This document shows, piece by piece, positions 45,430 through 55,023 of a stretch of 64,000 nucleotides of DNA. Positions within the stretch are counted from its first letter, which is position 1. Each line of letters begins with the position of its first letter. Origin of the DNA: Escherichia phage SUT_E520. Position numbers and translations under genes: made by a program. The notes under the pieces are model-generated. The model made no database searches and was not told the DNA's origin. It saw only the letters and a program-made list of their open reading frames with translations. Location: sequence record OQ990040. One strand, written 5' to 3'.

Positions 45430-45639
45430 ATGATAGGTATTGATACTAATATGTTAACTTATCAGATTAAAACTGCTGAACCAGAAACGTTTGTGCTAAA
45501 AACAGATAAAGAAGGTAATGTTACTTTCTGGGACCCTGAAGGTTTTGTAGAGCTTTGTACTAATACGGATAATGAGCATTTAAAACTACTATTAGCTATT
45601 TATAATCTTGGTATTATAGAAGGTTGTAGAAGCAAGTAA
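45430..45639 (+). CDS. hypothetical protein
   Basis: ORF track 45376..45639 (GTG); first ATG is MIGIDTNM; start uncertain. Confidence 0.35.
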   Translation: MIGIDTNMLTYQIKTAEPETFVLKTDKEGNVTFWDPEGFVELCTNTDNEHLKLLLAIYNLGIIEGCRSK

Positions 45640-45642
45640 TAG

Positions 45643-45680
45643 AAAAACCCCGGTGGATTTTGTCCACCGGGGTTTCTTTG
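45643..45680. terminator. bidirectional intrinsic terminator between the early plus block and the late minus block
   Basis: 9-bp hairpin CCCCGGTGG...CCACCGGGG flanked by an A-run upstream and a T-run downstream. Confidence 0.75.
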
Positions 45681-45695
45681 TACTATGTATATGTA

Positions 45696-48464
45696 CTATG
45701 AGTTATCTGGCTTAATAAGCTCGCTAACAAGTTTCTTCAGTTCGGTTAATTCTTGCTCAAGTTTGTTAACTTTATCAGCTTGATAACGAAATGCGCAAGC
45801 TAGATCTGCCATAATGACGTTGTTATCAAGTGCTAATGTGTCATCTGCTTTGTCAACAACAATTTGGCGGTCTACATATTCTTCACCGTCATCGTTAACA
45901 CCTATAACATCTGCAAAAATATCTCCACCAGGAATTAATTTTACATATTCCGGGTCTATTTTTAGAAGGTCTTGGGCTATTAAGCCAAATCGCTGTATGT
46001 TGCTTCCATTGTATTTAAACATTGTCGGAAGCCACTGCATAACGCGATCATAGCTTTCTTTTCCATCTGTATAGATTATATCGTGCTTTAAATCTCTGTC
46101 AGAGTTAGCGGCCTTTTGAAAAATGAAGTTTCCATTTGATGACCATGTGGTTATATCGTTTGAGGCTGGTTGAAACTGGAAGTTACAGAAAAAATTACCA
46201 TCACCACGAAGTCTTAACGAGCAAAAAGGCCAAGCATTATTTCCCTGTGGGATAAGACCCCAAGTTGCACGAATTGGATAACCACCAGTTGATTGTGTAC
46301 CCCATGAAAGGCCAGGCGCCCATCCACCATCATTGTTAGGAATAATCTCGCCCCAAACAAGAGCATTACCCCAATAGTTAGGATCATCCCAGCCCATTTG
46401 TTGGGTTTTGCCAGTGTATTGAGCAGAATGAGTTCTGCCGTCAGGGTAAAACTTGTGCATATAGGACTGTATCCCTGCTTGATACAATTCTATTCCAAAA
46501 GATTCAACGTGTGTGTCGCCTCTTCTGATTAAACCAGCGATAGCGTAATCGTCATACCAGTTGTAACGACTTACACCAGTCCATGTGTTTATTGGTGGAT
46601 TCATGATTGAGAATAGTTGTGACGCATTGCGTTCATTCCCGTCTGCATAAATACCAGCCCCAGGAGCTAAGGAAATACTTTTCGCTCCCGAAAAAGTACC
46701 ATTTTCATTAAACTGATAATACTGTGCTAACCCATTATGAAATACGCCTATTGTATGCTTTCCTACGCCTACTTGAGTCTCAAAATACGACTGAGAAGAA
46801 CCAATATCTTCGCCTTGGGTATTCTTTAGTTTTGAATGGTATATACCTGCGTTTGCAGTAACTGCATTTTCCGTTTCATTTTCAACATTAAGACTAAGGA
46901 ACTTTGGCGCATGTTTCTCACCAAGCCCTATATTATTTCTGATACCATTCGCATCCTTAGCACCTGTACCACCAAATTGAATACCTAGTGGTAGCCATTG
47001 ATCGGTGGTAGCATCATAAACGCCCCAATGATCCCCGTCAGCTGGAATGGTTAGATACTTGTTTTTATTTGGAGAATATAAAACTGTTTCTACAGAATTC
47101 TGAAACAGCCTATCAACTCCTAAATTATATCTAGCACCTTCAGGAGTATCTGCTCCTGTACCCCCAGCCGCAGTTGATAATGGAAGAGTTTCCCATGAAA
47201 TTCCGTCACCTGTTGCATTTCTCTGAAGTACAATAAGACCATCATCTCTAATAACAAATCTATATAATCTATTATGTGAATATAAAAAAGTATGAACCCC
47301 ATCTTGCACAAGTGAGTCTATAAGGAGTGTCTGACGAGAAGCATTGATATCCAACAGATCTGAAAGATTATTTTCTTTTAATAACGATTTACTAATGATA
47401 CCTTCAGCTTTTCCAGCAGCCACTTCCGCGCGCCCAGCGTCTGTAGATGCGCTTTGTGCGCTACCAGCAGCATTGCTAGCTTGTTGTCCTGCTTCGATAG
47501 CGCTATTGCTTGCTTGTGCAGCGGAAGCAGCAGCAGCATCTTTTAGCGTGGTAGTTTCGGACACAGCAGCGTCCTTAATTCCCTGTGTGTCTATTTTTAG
47601 CTGCTCAACGTCTGATTTTAAAGCTACTGTCTCTGCTACTGCAGTATCCTTAATACCTTGTGTATCTATTTTTAGCTGTTCAACATCTGATTTTAAGCCT
47701 TGAATAGTAGTTACTGATTGGCTAGCTGAGGCTGCGGAATGGGCTGCATTGGTTTCACTAGTTTTTGCATTGGTTTCACTAGTTTTTGCATTGGTTTCAC
47801 TAGCTTTTGCATTAGTTTCCGAGGTTTTTGCAGCGGATGCTGATGCGGCGGCTTGTGCAGAGAATATTTCTGCCCCATCTCTATAGCCTTTAGAATCCGA
47901 AGCAGAAGCAGCAGCATTAGTTTCACTAGCCTTTGCCTTATCTTCACTAGTCTTTGCTGCAATAGCAGAAGCAGCAGCATTAGTTTCACTAGCCTTTGCC
48001 TTATCTTCGCTAGCCTTTGCATTAGTCTCACTAGTTTTTGCGTTAGTCTCACTAGTTTTTGCATTAGTTTCACTAGCCTTTGCCTTATCTTCGCTAGTTT
48101 TAGCATTAGTCTCAGATATTTTAGCTGCAGCTGCTGATTCCTCCGATTTAGTAGCTGATGCAGCAGATTGAGTAGCAGATGTAGCGGACTGAGTGGCAGA
48201 GGCTTCAGAAGCTCCAGCAGAAATAGCAGCTTCCTGTTCAGAGTTCTTAGCATTAAGCTCCGAAGTTTTAGCCGCTATCTCAGAATCTTTTGCAGCTGCA
48301 GCAGACTTAGCTGCAGCCTCAATAGAAGATACTAACTCACTTGCAGTAATAGAGCTAATAGAATTACCTAGAGTTACTGTATATCTAGGAAACTTACTAG
48401 CAGTAGCTTTAGTATCATCAATATTTAATATTTGTTGTACAATAATTTTAGTAGTTACTGCCAT
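45696..48464 (-). CDS. L-shaped tail fibre protein (pb1-like) with C-terminal intramolecular chaperone (peptidase S74-like)
   Basis: 922 aa; Ala/Ser/Thr-rich repeats (KTSETNA units), C-terminal block SDRDLKHDIIYTDGKESYDRVMQWLPTMFKYNGSNIQRFGLIAQDLLKIDPEYV. Confidence 0.7.
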   Translation of the reverse strand: MAVTTKIIVQQILNIDDTKATASKFPRYTVTLGNSISSITASELVSSIEAAAKSAAAAKDSEIAAKTSELNAKNSEQEAAISAGASEASATQSATSATQSAASATKSEESAAAAKISETNAKTSEDKAKASETNAKTSETNAKTSETNAKASEDKAKASETNAAASAIAAKTSEDKAKASETNAAASASDSKGYRDGAEIFSAQAAASASAAKTSETNAKASETNAKTSETNAKTSETNAAHSAASASQSVTTIQGLKSDVEQLKIDTQGIKDTAVAETVALKSDVEQLKIDTQGIKDAAVSETTTLKDAAAASAAQASNSAIEAGQQASNAAGSAQSASTDAGRAEVAAGKAEGIISKSLLKENNLSDLLDINASRQTLLIDSLVQDGVHTFLYSHNRLYRFVIRDDGLIVLQRNATGDGISWETLPLSTAAGGTGADTPEGARYNLGVDRLFQNSVETVLYSPNKNKYLTIPADGDHWGVYDATTDQWLPLGIQFGGTGAKDANGIRNNIGLGEKHAPKFLSLNVENETENAVTANAGIYHSKLKNTQGEDIGSSQSYFETQVGVGKHTIGVFHNGLAQYYQFNENGTFSGAKSISLAPGAGIYADGNERNASQLFSIMNPPINTWTGVSRYNWYDDYAIAGLIRRGDTHVESFGIELYQAGIQSYMHKFYPDGRTHSAQYTGKTQQMGWDDPNYWGNALVWGEIIPNNDGGWAPGLSWGTQSTGGYPIRATWGLIPQGNNAWPFCSLRLRGDGNFFCNFQFQPASNDITTWSSNGNFIFQKAANSDRDLKHDIIYTDGKESYDRVMQWLPTMFKYNGSNIQRFGLIAQDLLKIDPEYVKLIPGGDIFADVIGVNDDGEEYVDRQIVVDKADDTLALDNNVIMADLACAFRYQADKVNKLEQELTELKKLVSELIKPDNS
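47745..48125. repeat. tandem 21-bp repeats (plus a roughly 63-bp direct duplication near 47560..47700) within the tail-fibre gene
   Basis: Units like GCATTGGTTTCACTAGTTTTT repeated with variants, encoding KTSETNA-type heptads. Confidence 0.7.
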
Positions 48465-48886
48465 TATTTAGTTACCCCATCACTGATAAATACTTTACCC
48501 TCCATTATACGAAAGGAGCTAATTGCAGATCCTATAACATCTCTAGTCATAATTATATCATAGTATCCTGCGAATCGCTGACGAGGGTTATATTTATCTC
48601 TATCTTTAGATGCTCTAGCCCCTATATTTTCCACAGATTCTACTGGCAAACTTATAGCTACAGCCCCTTGAGCAGCATCAATAATATTAGTAGTAAAGGA
48701 TGCTAATATCTCCGCATTCTCATCTAGGCTATTTTTTATAGTACCCCTTAGAGAATACCCGGTTAAGTTAACGGGGGTATTTGTAGGTGGATAAGTACTA
48801 TCATCAACATCTAAGAACTGCATCATTAAACCATATGGTACTTTCTCATCTATTACTAAATCTATAACTCTATTTTCAGTACTCAT
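48464..48886 (-). CDS. putative tail collar protein (T5 p132-like)
   Basis: 140-aa ORF between the fibre and baseplate genes; size and position match T5 p132. Confidence 0.45.
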   Translation of the reverse strand: MSTENRVIDLVIDEKVPYGLMMQFLDVDDSTYPPTNTPVNLTGYSLRGTIKNSLDENAEILASFTTNIIDAAQGAVAISLPVESVENIGARASKDRDKYNPRQRFAGYYDIIMTRDVIGSAISSFRIMEGKVFISDGVTK

Positions 48887-48889
48887 TAT

Positions 48890-51469
48890 TTACCTTATAT
48901 GGATGTACCCGTTTTGCAGGTCTATCTTCATTCTGTAATAGGCTTCCGGNNNNNNNNNNNNNNNNNNNNNNNNNNNNNNNNNNNNNNNNNNNNNNNNNNN
49001 NNNNNNNNNNNNNNNNNNNNNNNNNNNNNNNNNNNNNNNNNNNNNNNNNACCATTGCTGGGTTAACCCAACCGGAACCATTCCATTGACGAGTAAATGCA
49101 GATTGCGGAGCATTACTATTAAACTCTGTCAATACATCATATCTAACTGGAGGACTACCAAAGTTATTCTGGAAGAAGGCATTAGCCTGCCCATCATCCC
49201 AACCACCAAGACCAGGAATACCTAAGGAATACATTCCAGGACCACGTTGTCCATCATGTCCTATAGTACCTTCAGTACCACTCCACTGAACTACATCAGA
49301 CCAGCTAGTACCTGCAAGTAGCTTATTAGTAACTGGGTCAAGTGTACCCGTAGTCGCATAGATATTTTGTGTCATATCTGTACGATTAGGTGGAGTTTTT
49401 GACCAACCAGGAGGCGGATAATCTTGTTCTAGTGGCTTTGCTGGAAGTGCAGTTGATATCTTATAAACAAATACTGTTTGCTTGCCCTGTATACCTGTTT
49501 GGATATCTACATCGCCATTTGGTGTTCCAATTACTACTCCACTAGAAATACGTAGTACATCACCATCATAACGAATCCACTGTGTGGCATTACCAATGTC
49601 TAACTTAGCTTTGGCAGAGGTATTATCCATGCCCATCCAAATACCGGAGTTATTATCCCCCCAAGATTTACCTTGAGTGTAAATTGCTGGATTATCCTTA
49701 CCGGATAAGTTAGTCATGATAAAATTCGCAGCATTAATATCTCTAGTAATTACTTTACCATCAACGTTAACAACACGGTTTATAGGATCAAAAGAAATAG
49801 GTGCTTTTCCCTCTTCATCTAGCAGACCAATGTTAATAGCACCAGTAGCTGCATCGATTAAGAATGTCTGTCTCCAGATTTCTCCATCTTTCATGCTGCC
49901 CTTAATAAAGGCATAGTTAACATCAATACCAGTCTCATTGACAAAGCTGTTATCTAGAGGAGTATCTTCATTCAATATAAATGTTACAGGAGCTGATTCT
50001 GTTATATCTTGTTTATTTGGTCCCCAGGCAATTGATGATACCTTAAAGGTATGTTCAACTTTCCATGGGAATGATATAATTGTTGCAGCTCTGGCAGCAC
50101 CAACGTTTATCTTTTGNNNNNNNNNNNNNNNNNNNNNNNNNNNNNNNNNNNNNNNNNNNNNNNNNNNNNNNNNNNNNNNNNNNNNNNNNNNNNNNNNNNN
50201 NNNNNNNNNNNNNNNNACCTTAAAGGTATGTTCAACTTTCCATGGGAATGATATAATTGTTGCAGCTCTGGCAGCACCAACGTTTATCTTTTGAGCTTTA
50301 GCCCAGCCAGTCTTAGCGTATTCTTCAGAATTTATATATGTAACCAAGAACTCACGAACATTAGCACCACCACCGCGTTCCCAATCCCACTCAATTCTAA
50401 CATCATATCGTTCTTTACCATCAGCAATTCGTGCAGCTTTAAAAACAATATTGATAGGTGCAGTAGGAGGAACAAAATTATAAGCTACTGTTAAAATATT
50501 AGGGAATTCATAGTACCCAGAAGAATCAACTGTAACACCATCAGGCATAGTTACTTGACCAGATATTCTGATCTTATAATCTCCGATAGGAACTCCACCA
50601 AATTTAATAGTAGNNNNNNNNNNNNNNNNNNNNNNNNNNNNNNNNNNNNNNNNNNNNNNNNNNNNNNNNNNNNNNNNNNNNNNNNNNNNNNNNNNNNNNN
50701 NNNNNNNNNNNNNACCATCAGGCATAGTTACTTGACCAGATATTCTGATCTTATAATCTCCGATAGGAACTCCACCAAATTTAATAGTAGAACCTAAAGC
50801 CCCAATGTAATACTTAGTCCAAGGACTGTCTTCAGTAGCTGTACTTTTTAACTCAATAGTACAGTAGCTTGCTTCACCAGTTGTTTCTACGACAACTATC
50901 GGTGCACCTACCCCAACATCCACAGGTTCTGATTCAGATCTTGCTGCAACAATTATTGGCTTCTCTTTTGTCCTAAAGTTAGTCTCATTAGAGAGATTGA
51001 TACCAATCTTAGCCTCTAGCAGTTCAGAATCAATAATAGAGTCGTAGAAAGCCCCTTGAATCTCGTAAGAGGTTGAAGGGGTCAGGTTATTAATCATTAT
51101 GAAGAAAGTATCTATACCAGTATAATCACGTCTATCTATACTTTCTCCTGTCTTTAACCAAAAAGATCTACCAATAANNNNNNNNNNNNNNNNNNNNNNN
51201 NNNNNNNNNNNNNNNNNNNNNNNNNNNNNNNNNNNNNNNNNNNNNNNNNNNNNNNNNNNNNNNNNNNNNNNNNNNNNGAAGAAAGTATCTATACCAGTAT
51301 AATCACGTCTATCTATACTTTCTCCTGTCTTTAACCAAAAAGATCTACCAATAACGTCATAGTCAGTATATATAGAGTGCTGGACATATGCCATTGTATA
51401 TCCAGTCATTATACTATTTAAGACCATTTTGGCTGGTGCATTATTCGAAATCATTAAATGGATGCCCAC
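48890..51469 (-). CDS. tail tip / central fibre protein (T5 pb4-like); contains one unresolved gap and three duplication artefacts
   Basis: Large beta-rich ORF; real length roughly 650-690 aa once artefacts are removed; position matches pb4. Confidence 0.5.
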   Translation of the reverse strand: MGIHLMISNNAPAKMVLNSIMTGYTMAYVQHSIYTDYDVIGRSFWLKTGESIDRRDYTGIDTFFXXXXXXXXXXXXXXXXXXXXXXXXXXXXXXXXXXIGRSFWLKTGESIDRRDYTGIDTFFIMINNLTPSTSYEIQGAFYDSIIDSELLEAKIGINLSNETNFRTKEKPIIVAARSESEPVDVGVGAPIVVVETTGEASYCTIELKSTATEDSPWTKYYIGALGSTIKFGGVPIGDYKIRISGQVTMPDGXXXXXXXXXXXXXXXXXXXXXXXXXXXXXXXXXXTIKFGGVPIGDYKIRISGQVTMPDGVTVDSSGYYEFPNILTVAYNFVPPTAPINIVFKAARIADGKERYDVRIEWDWERGGGANVREFLVTYINSEEYAKTGWAKAQKINVGAARAATIISFPWKVEHTFKXXXXXXXXXXXXXXXXXXXXXXXXXXXXXXXXXXQKINVGAARAATIISFPWKVEHTFKVSSIAWGPNKQDITESAPVTFILNEDTPLDNSFVNETGIDVNYAFIKGSMKDGEIWRQTFLIDAATGAINIGLLDEEGKAPISFDPINRVVNVDGKVITRDINAANFIMTNLSGKDNPAIYTQGKSWGDNNSGIWMGMDNTSAKAKLDIGNATQWIRYDGDVLRISSGVVIGTPNGDVDIQTGIQGKQTVFVYKISTALPAKPLEQDYPPPGWSKTPPNRTDMTQNIYATTGTLDPVTNKLLAGTSWSDVVQWSGTEGTIGHDGQRGPGMYSLGIPGLGGWDDGQANAFFQNNFGSPPVRYDVLTEFNSNAPQSAFTRQWNGSGWVNPAMXXXXXXXXXXXXXXXXXXXXXXXXXXXXXXXXXXPEAYYRMKIDLQNGYIHIR

Positions 51470-54303
51470 TCCACAGACTGTTCTCCATCATCTCCTTCTG
51501 CTCTAATACGAAAATATAGTTTTCTATTTATTCCTAGAGCATCACTGTTATGAAGAGCAAAATCTGCCTTATTATACATTAATAAATAGTCATAAGTATA
51601 CTGATTTTCAATACGTACACTTCTTAGCATTCTATTCTGGGAGTCATAGATTTCCAGAGTATAGAATATACTTTCTATTATATCTTCTTCTGGTATCCTA
51701 TCCCAAGCTAGTTTTACATCTGGGCCTACAAATTCAGTTACATCCCCAGAAGCCGTATTAGTTACCCTAAAATTAGATACTACACTTAGGTTTTTAGCAG
51801 AGTTAAGTTCTATAGATAAGGTTACTGGAGAACTTCTTCTACCATTTATATCCACAGCCCTTATTTCAAATATCGCTAAGCCTGCAGGCTCTCCAATTAT
51901 CTCTTGGATCATGCGTTCATTGGGATTTGTTTCTAGTTGCTGCACAATATAAGGCTCAGCATGCCCGGAATGCACGATAGAGTAATAAACTACGTTATTA
52001 GTTAAGCTTGGAAGCCAAGATAACTCACCATTTTTTCCTATAGAACCAACTAAACCACCGGGTGTAGGAGTATATTTAAAATCTCTAGGAGGAAGAACGT
52101 TGTTACTAATATCTGGTATATCATTACCACTATTATCTACTTGATCAGAGTTGATAAATACATCTTCCCCATACTCCTGTAGAGTAACATTTATCTTTCC
52201 TTCTCTAGAGTTTTCGACTTCATCTACTAAAAAGTACTTCTTATCCCATCCGTAACGGTCGTATGTAAATGCAATAGCATCGTTAGGCTCAATACCAATG
52301 AATTGATATGGTAAAGAAAATGAGAGGGTTCTAGAATACCTAGATTTCTTAAGTTCTCTGTCTGCAAAACTTCTAGCAGTATAGTAGTTAGTTATATTTG
52401 CAAAAGATAATTGTAATTTTTTATCTAAATTTTTATCCTGCTCTTTATATTTAGAGTTATAAAAGGTAATAGAGTTAGTTTTCCAGCTAAGAGCTGGGTC
52501 TACTATGGATGCTTGAACTGAGTTGAATTTATTTCTACCAGTAGTATCTGATAGCTCTAAATCACCATAAGTATCCAGAAAATTAATCTCTAATGGAGTA
52601 TTAGAATATTTTTCTACAGTAATCCTATATTGACCAGATAAGTTGTTAATAGCCCCACCGTAGGATTCTAGTAAACCTTGCACATTTTTAAATACTGATT
52701 CAGATGTATCTAGAATAGTATTCATTTGTACTATTTGTCTATTTTCTGCTAATGGATCAGTCCACCCAACATATCTCCAGTATGGCTGCCAGGATACTTG
52801 GTAAGATTCATCTATAATATCTAAGATAGCAGCTTCTTGTACCAATTGTTGTAGGGGGAACTGATCAATAGCAATGTTTGCACCATACCTATCTGAAGTT
52901 AAGTAGTCAAGTGTTTGCCAAATACCATTTAAACTAGTACTATTAGCAGTTACTCTACCATCAGGATGATAGATTTTTATCTTCTTACCCTGAATCTCAG
53001 CACTAACTTCTGGAATCTCAGTTCTATTTTCATTAATAGTAAAGCGTACTACCGCGTATGCAGTATCTAATAATTTATATCTAGTATCCCAGTACTCAGG
53101 CCCATTACCGTTCATATTTTGGAGATAGAACCCACGTTCCTTCGCTATATTTACTAATACTTCAGAAGCCGTTTGATCAGCTTTTCCATGATAAGTCCAA
53201 ATCCTTATATCACCATTACCATCATTATATTTATATTCCTGACCGTGCACAGAAGGACTACTAGAAGATATTCCTGATGCTATTCTTTGCATGGTGTCTC
53301 CTGCTACTTTTTTAACACCGAAACAGGTTCTAGCAGAGCTATCATTAGAGTCCATACAAATCATAGGGTTATCCCCAAAGGAAAAGTCAAGAAAACCGTC
53401 TATCTCTCCTTCAGCAAAAGCGTATACTACGTAAACTATATTAGGATTGTGTAATTCCGTATCCGCAAAAATAGGTATTCCCGGTATTTTCTGTACACCA
53501 TAAACTACTGGTATATACTTAGCAGCAAGGTTAAAATCTATATCTACTTCTTTAGTAACAGTCTCATAATACTTTTTAAGACTATAACTTCTAGATAGTC
53601 CAAATAGCTTTTTCTTAGACTTTAGCTTGTATCTTTCTTCCTGTACCTGATACTTTGCTAGAATAGAGATACTTTTATTGGCATGAAAGAACCCATAATC
53701 TTCCTGGTATTCAAGTCTTTTAGCCCCGTTAGATGGAACTAATTGTCCTGCTACAACCTCAAGCCCTCTATGAGAAGCATCATCAGTAAACCTACCGTTA
53801 ACCCTATCAAAATCATAGAATTGGTTAGAACAATTCCAAGTAATTGTAGAGGTTCCAACCCCAGAAGTACTAATGTTGTCCTTAATACCTCCACCAGTAA
53901 TTCTCCCTCTAAAGTATAATAAAGGGCCATTTGTGTCTGGGTCTACAGGTAAAATAGAACCATCCTCTGTAATAATTGCTTGGTGGATTGATACTAGTCT
54001 ATCTAAAAAGGATACACCATTCTGCACTAATTTCAGTACTTCATCCTGTGCTGTACCTGTAATAGTAAAAGATAGGCTGCCAATAGATAAATCTCTATTT
54101 TGTTTATGTGTGCTAATAGACTTAACTTTACCGGCCTGGTACAAAATACCATTATATAGTACATCTCTAAAATAGTCAGTTAAGTAAATAAAAGCAGTAC
54201 TAGTACCTGTAGAGCCGGGTAATTCTAGAGAAATTAGACTAGCAGTTTTTATTCTGCTATTATTTTTTAAGTAGTTTCTAGCACTATCTAATATTTTTTT
54301 CAT
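51454..54303 (-). CDS. baseplate hub protein (T5 pb3-like)
   Basis: 949-aa ORF downstream of the distal tail protein gene, as in T5. Confidence 0.6.
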   Translation of the reverse strand: MKKILDSARNYLKNNSRIKTASLISLELPGSTGTSTAFIYLTDYFRDVLYNGILYQAGKVKSISTHKQNRDLSIGSLSFTITGTAQDEVLKLVQNGVSFLDRLVSIHQAIITEDGSILPVDPDTNGPLLYFRGRITGGGIKDNISTSGVGTSTITWNCSNQFYDFDRVNGRFTDDASHRGLEVVAGQLVPSNGAKRLEYQEDYGFFHANKSISILAKYQVQEERYKLKSKKKLFGLSRSYSLKKYYETVTKEVDIDFNLAAKYIPVVYGVQKIPGIPIFADTELHNPNIVYVVYAFAEGEIDGFLDFSFGDNPMICMDSNDSSARTCFGVKKVAGDTMQRIASGISSSSPSVHGQEYKYNDGNGDIRIWTYHGKADQTASEVLVNIAKERGFYLQNMNGNGPEYWDTRYKLLDTAYAVVRFTINENRTEIPEVSAEIQGKKIKIYHPDGRVTANSTSLNGIWQTLDYLTSDRYGANIAIDQFPLQQLVQEAAILDIIDESYQVSWQPYWRYVGWTDPLAENRQIVQMNTILDTSESVFKNVQGLLESYGGAINNLSGQYRITVEKYSNTPLEINFLDTYGDLELSDTTGRNKFNSVQASIVDPALSWKTNSITFYNSKYKEQDKNLDKKLQLSFANITNYYTARSFADRELKKSRYSRTLSFSLPYQFIGIEPNDAIAFTYDRYGWDKKYFLVDEVENSREGKINVTLQEYGEDVFINSDQVDNSGNDIPDISNNVLPPRDFKYTPTPGGLVGSIGKNGELSWLPSLTNNVVYYSIVHSGHAEPYIVQQLETNPNERMIQEIIGEPAGLAIFEIRAVDINGRRSSPVTLSIELNSAKNLSVVSNFRVTNTASGDVTEFVGPDVKLAWDRIPEEDIIESIFYTLEIYDSQNRMLRSVRIENQYTYDYLLMYNKADFALHNSDALGINRKLYFRIRAEGDDGEQSVEWASI

Positions 54304-54914
54304 AGACTTTCCCGTAAATTTAGTGAGATGTTGGAGTATGTTCCGTTATTATTTAGTGTAGATCCAAAAGCATCACCATTCATGAGTTTTGTTCTAAATA
54401 GGATTCCATTAAATACTGGCTTCTCCGCTCCAGTAGTAGTTATAAATAAATCAGGGTATAAGTTTATAGACCATGTATTACCTGATTTGTTAAATGATGT
54501 TATTTTATATACTTTTGGGTGGTTAGACAGCTTAAATAGATCCCCCGGTTTTGGGGTACCTGTAAGAAACCCTTTTGTATCCATAGTTATATTAGAACCC
54601 TTCTGTCCAGCAGGTATATTTACTAGACTAGTATTACCTCTAACTCTAAAAGCTTCGTATTGGGGTAATATAACATCTATATAACCACCAGTCCTTTTGT
54701 ATTCTAGAATAAAAGCATCTAGAACACTATATTCATCTGGAAATAATTCTGGATAAGAAATATTTATACCCCAGTATTGAGCAGATACCTTAACTTCGTT
54801 AACTTTACCATTTGGTAACTCATCACGAATTACTGGGTCATTATCAATCAGGTTAACACTTTCGAATCCTAAGCCTGAAAGTTCTGGATTCGTGTATGGG
54901 TCTGGTAATCTCAT
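54300..54914 (-). CDS. distal tail protein (T5 pb9-like)
   Basis: 204-aa ORF immediately downstream of the tape measure gene. Confidence 0.55.
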   Translation of the reverse strand: MRLPDPYTNPELSGLGFESVNLIDNDPVIRDELPNGKVNEVKVSAQYWGINISYPELFPDEYSVLDAFILEYKRTGGYIDVILPQYEAFRVRGNTSLVNIPAGQKGSNITMDTKGFLTGTPKPGDLFKLSNHPKVYKITSFNKSGNTWSINLYPDLFITTTGAEKPVFNGILFRTKLMNGDAFGSTLNNNGTYSNISLNLRESL

Positions 54915-54983
54915 AGTTAATTTCTCCTCTTTAATAACAATATTATAATAGTATTAGAAAATTTTATCAAGAAATTTTTATTT

Positions 54984-55016
54984 TTCCATAAAGAAAAGGA
55001 GGACTCAAAGTCCTCC
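54984..55016 (-). terminator. intrinsic terminator after the tape measure gene
   Basis: 7-bp hairpin GGAGGAC...GTCCTCC with a T-run on the minus strand. Confidence 0.6.
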
Positions 55017-55023
55017 TCCAGTT

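Noticed and set aside
47344-48253. ORFs 47344..47703 (+), 47711..48253 (-) and 47853..48137 (+) inside the tail-fibre gene
   Set aside because: Generated by the tandem repeat region; translations are poly-Leu/Ala/Ser low-complexity; the fibre frame is the coherent one.
41071-51277. Repeat-spacer-like pattern (77-bp identical sequences separated by 100-bp spacers), considered as a possible CRISPR array
   Set aside because: The spacers are runs of N and each repeat pair has a different sequence lying inside protein-coding genes; this is an assembly-join artefact, not a CRISPR array.
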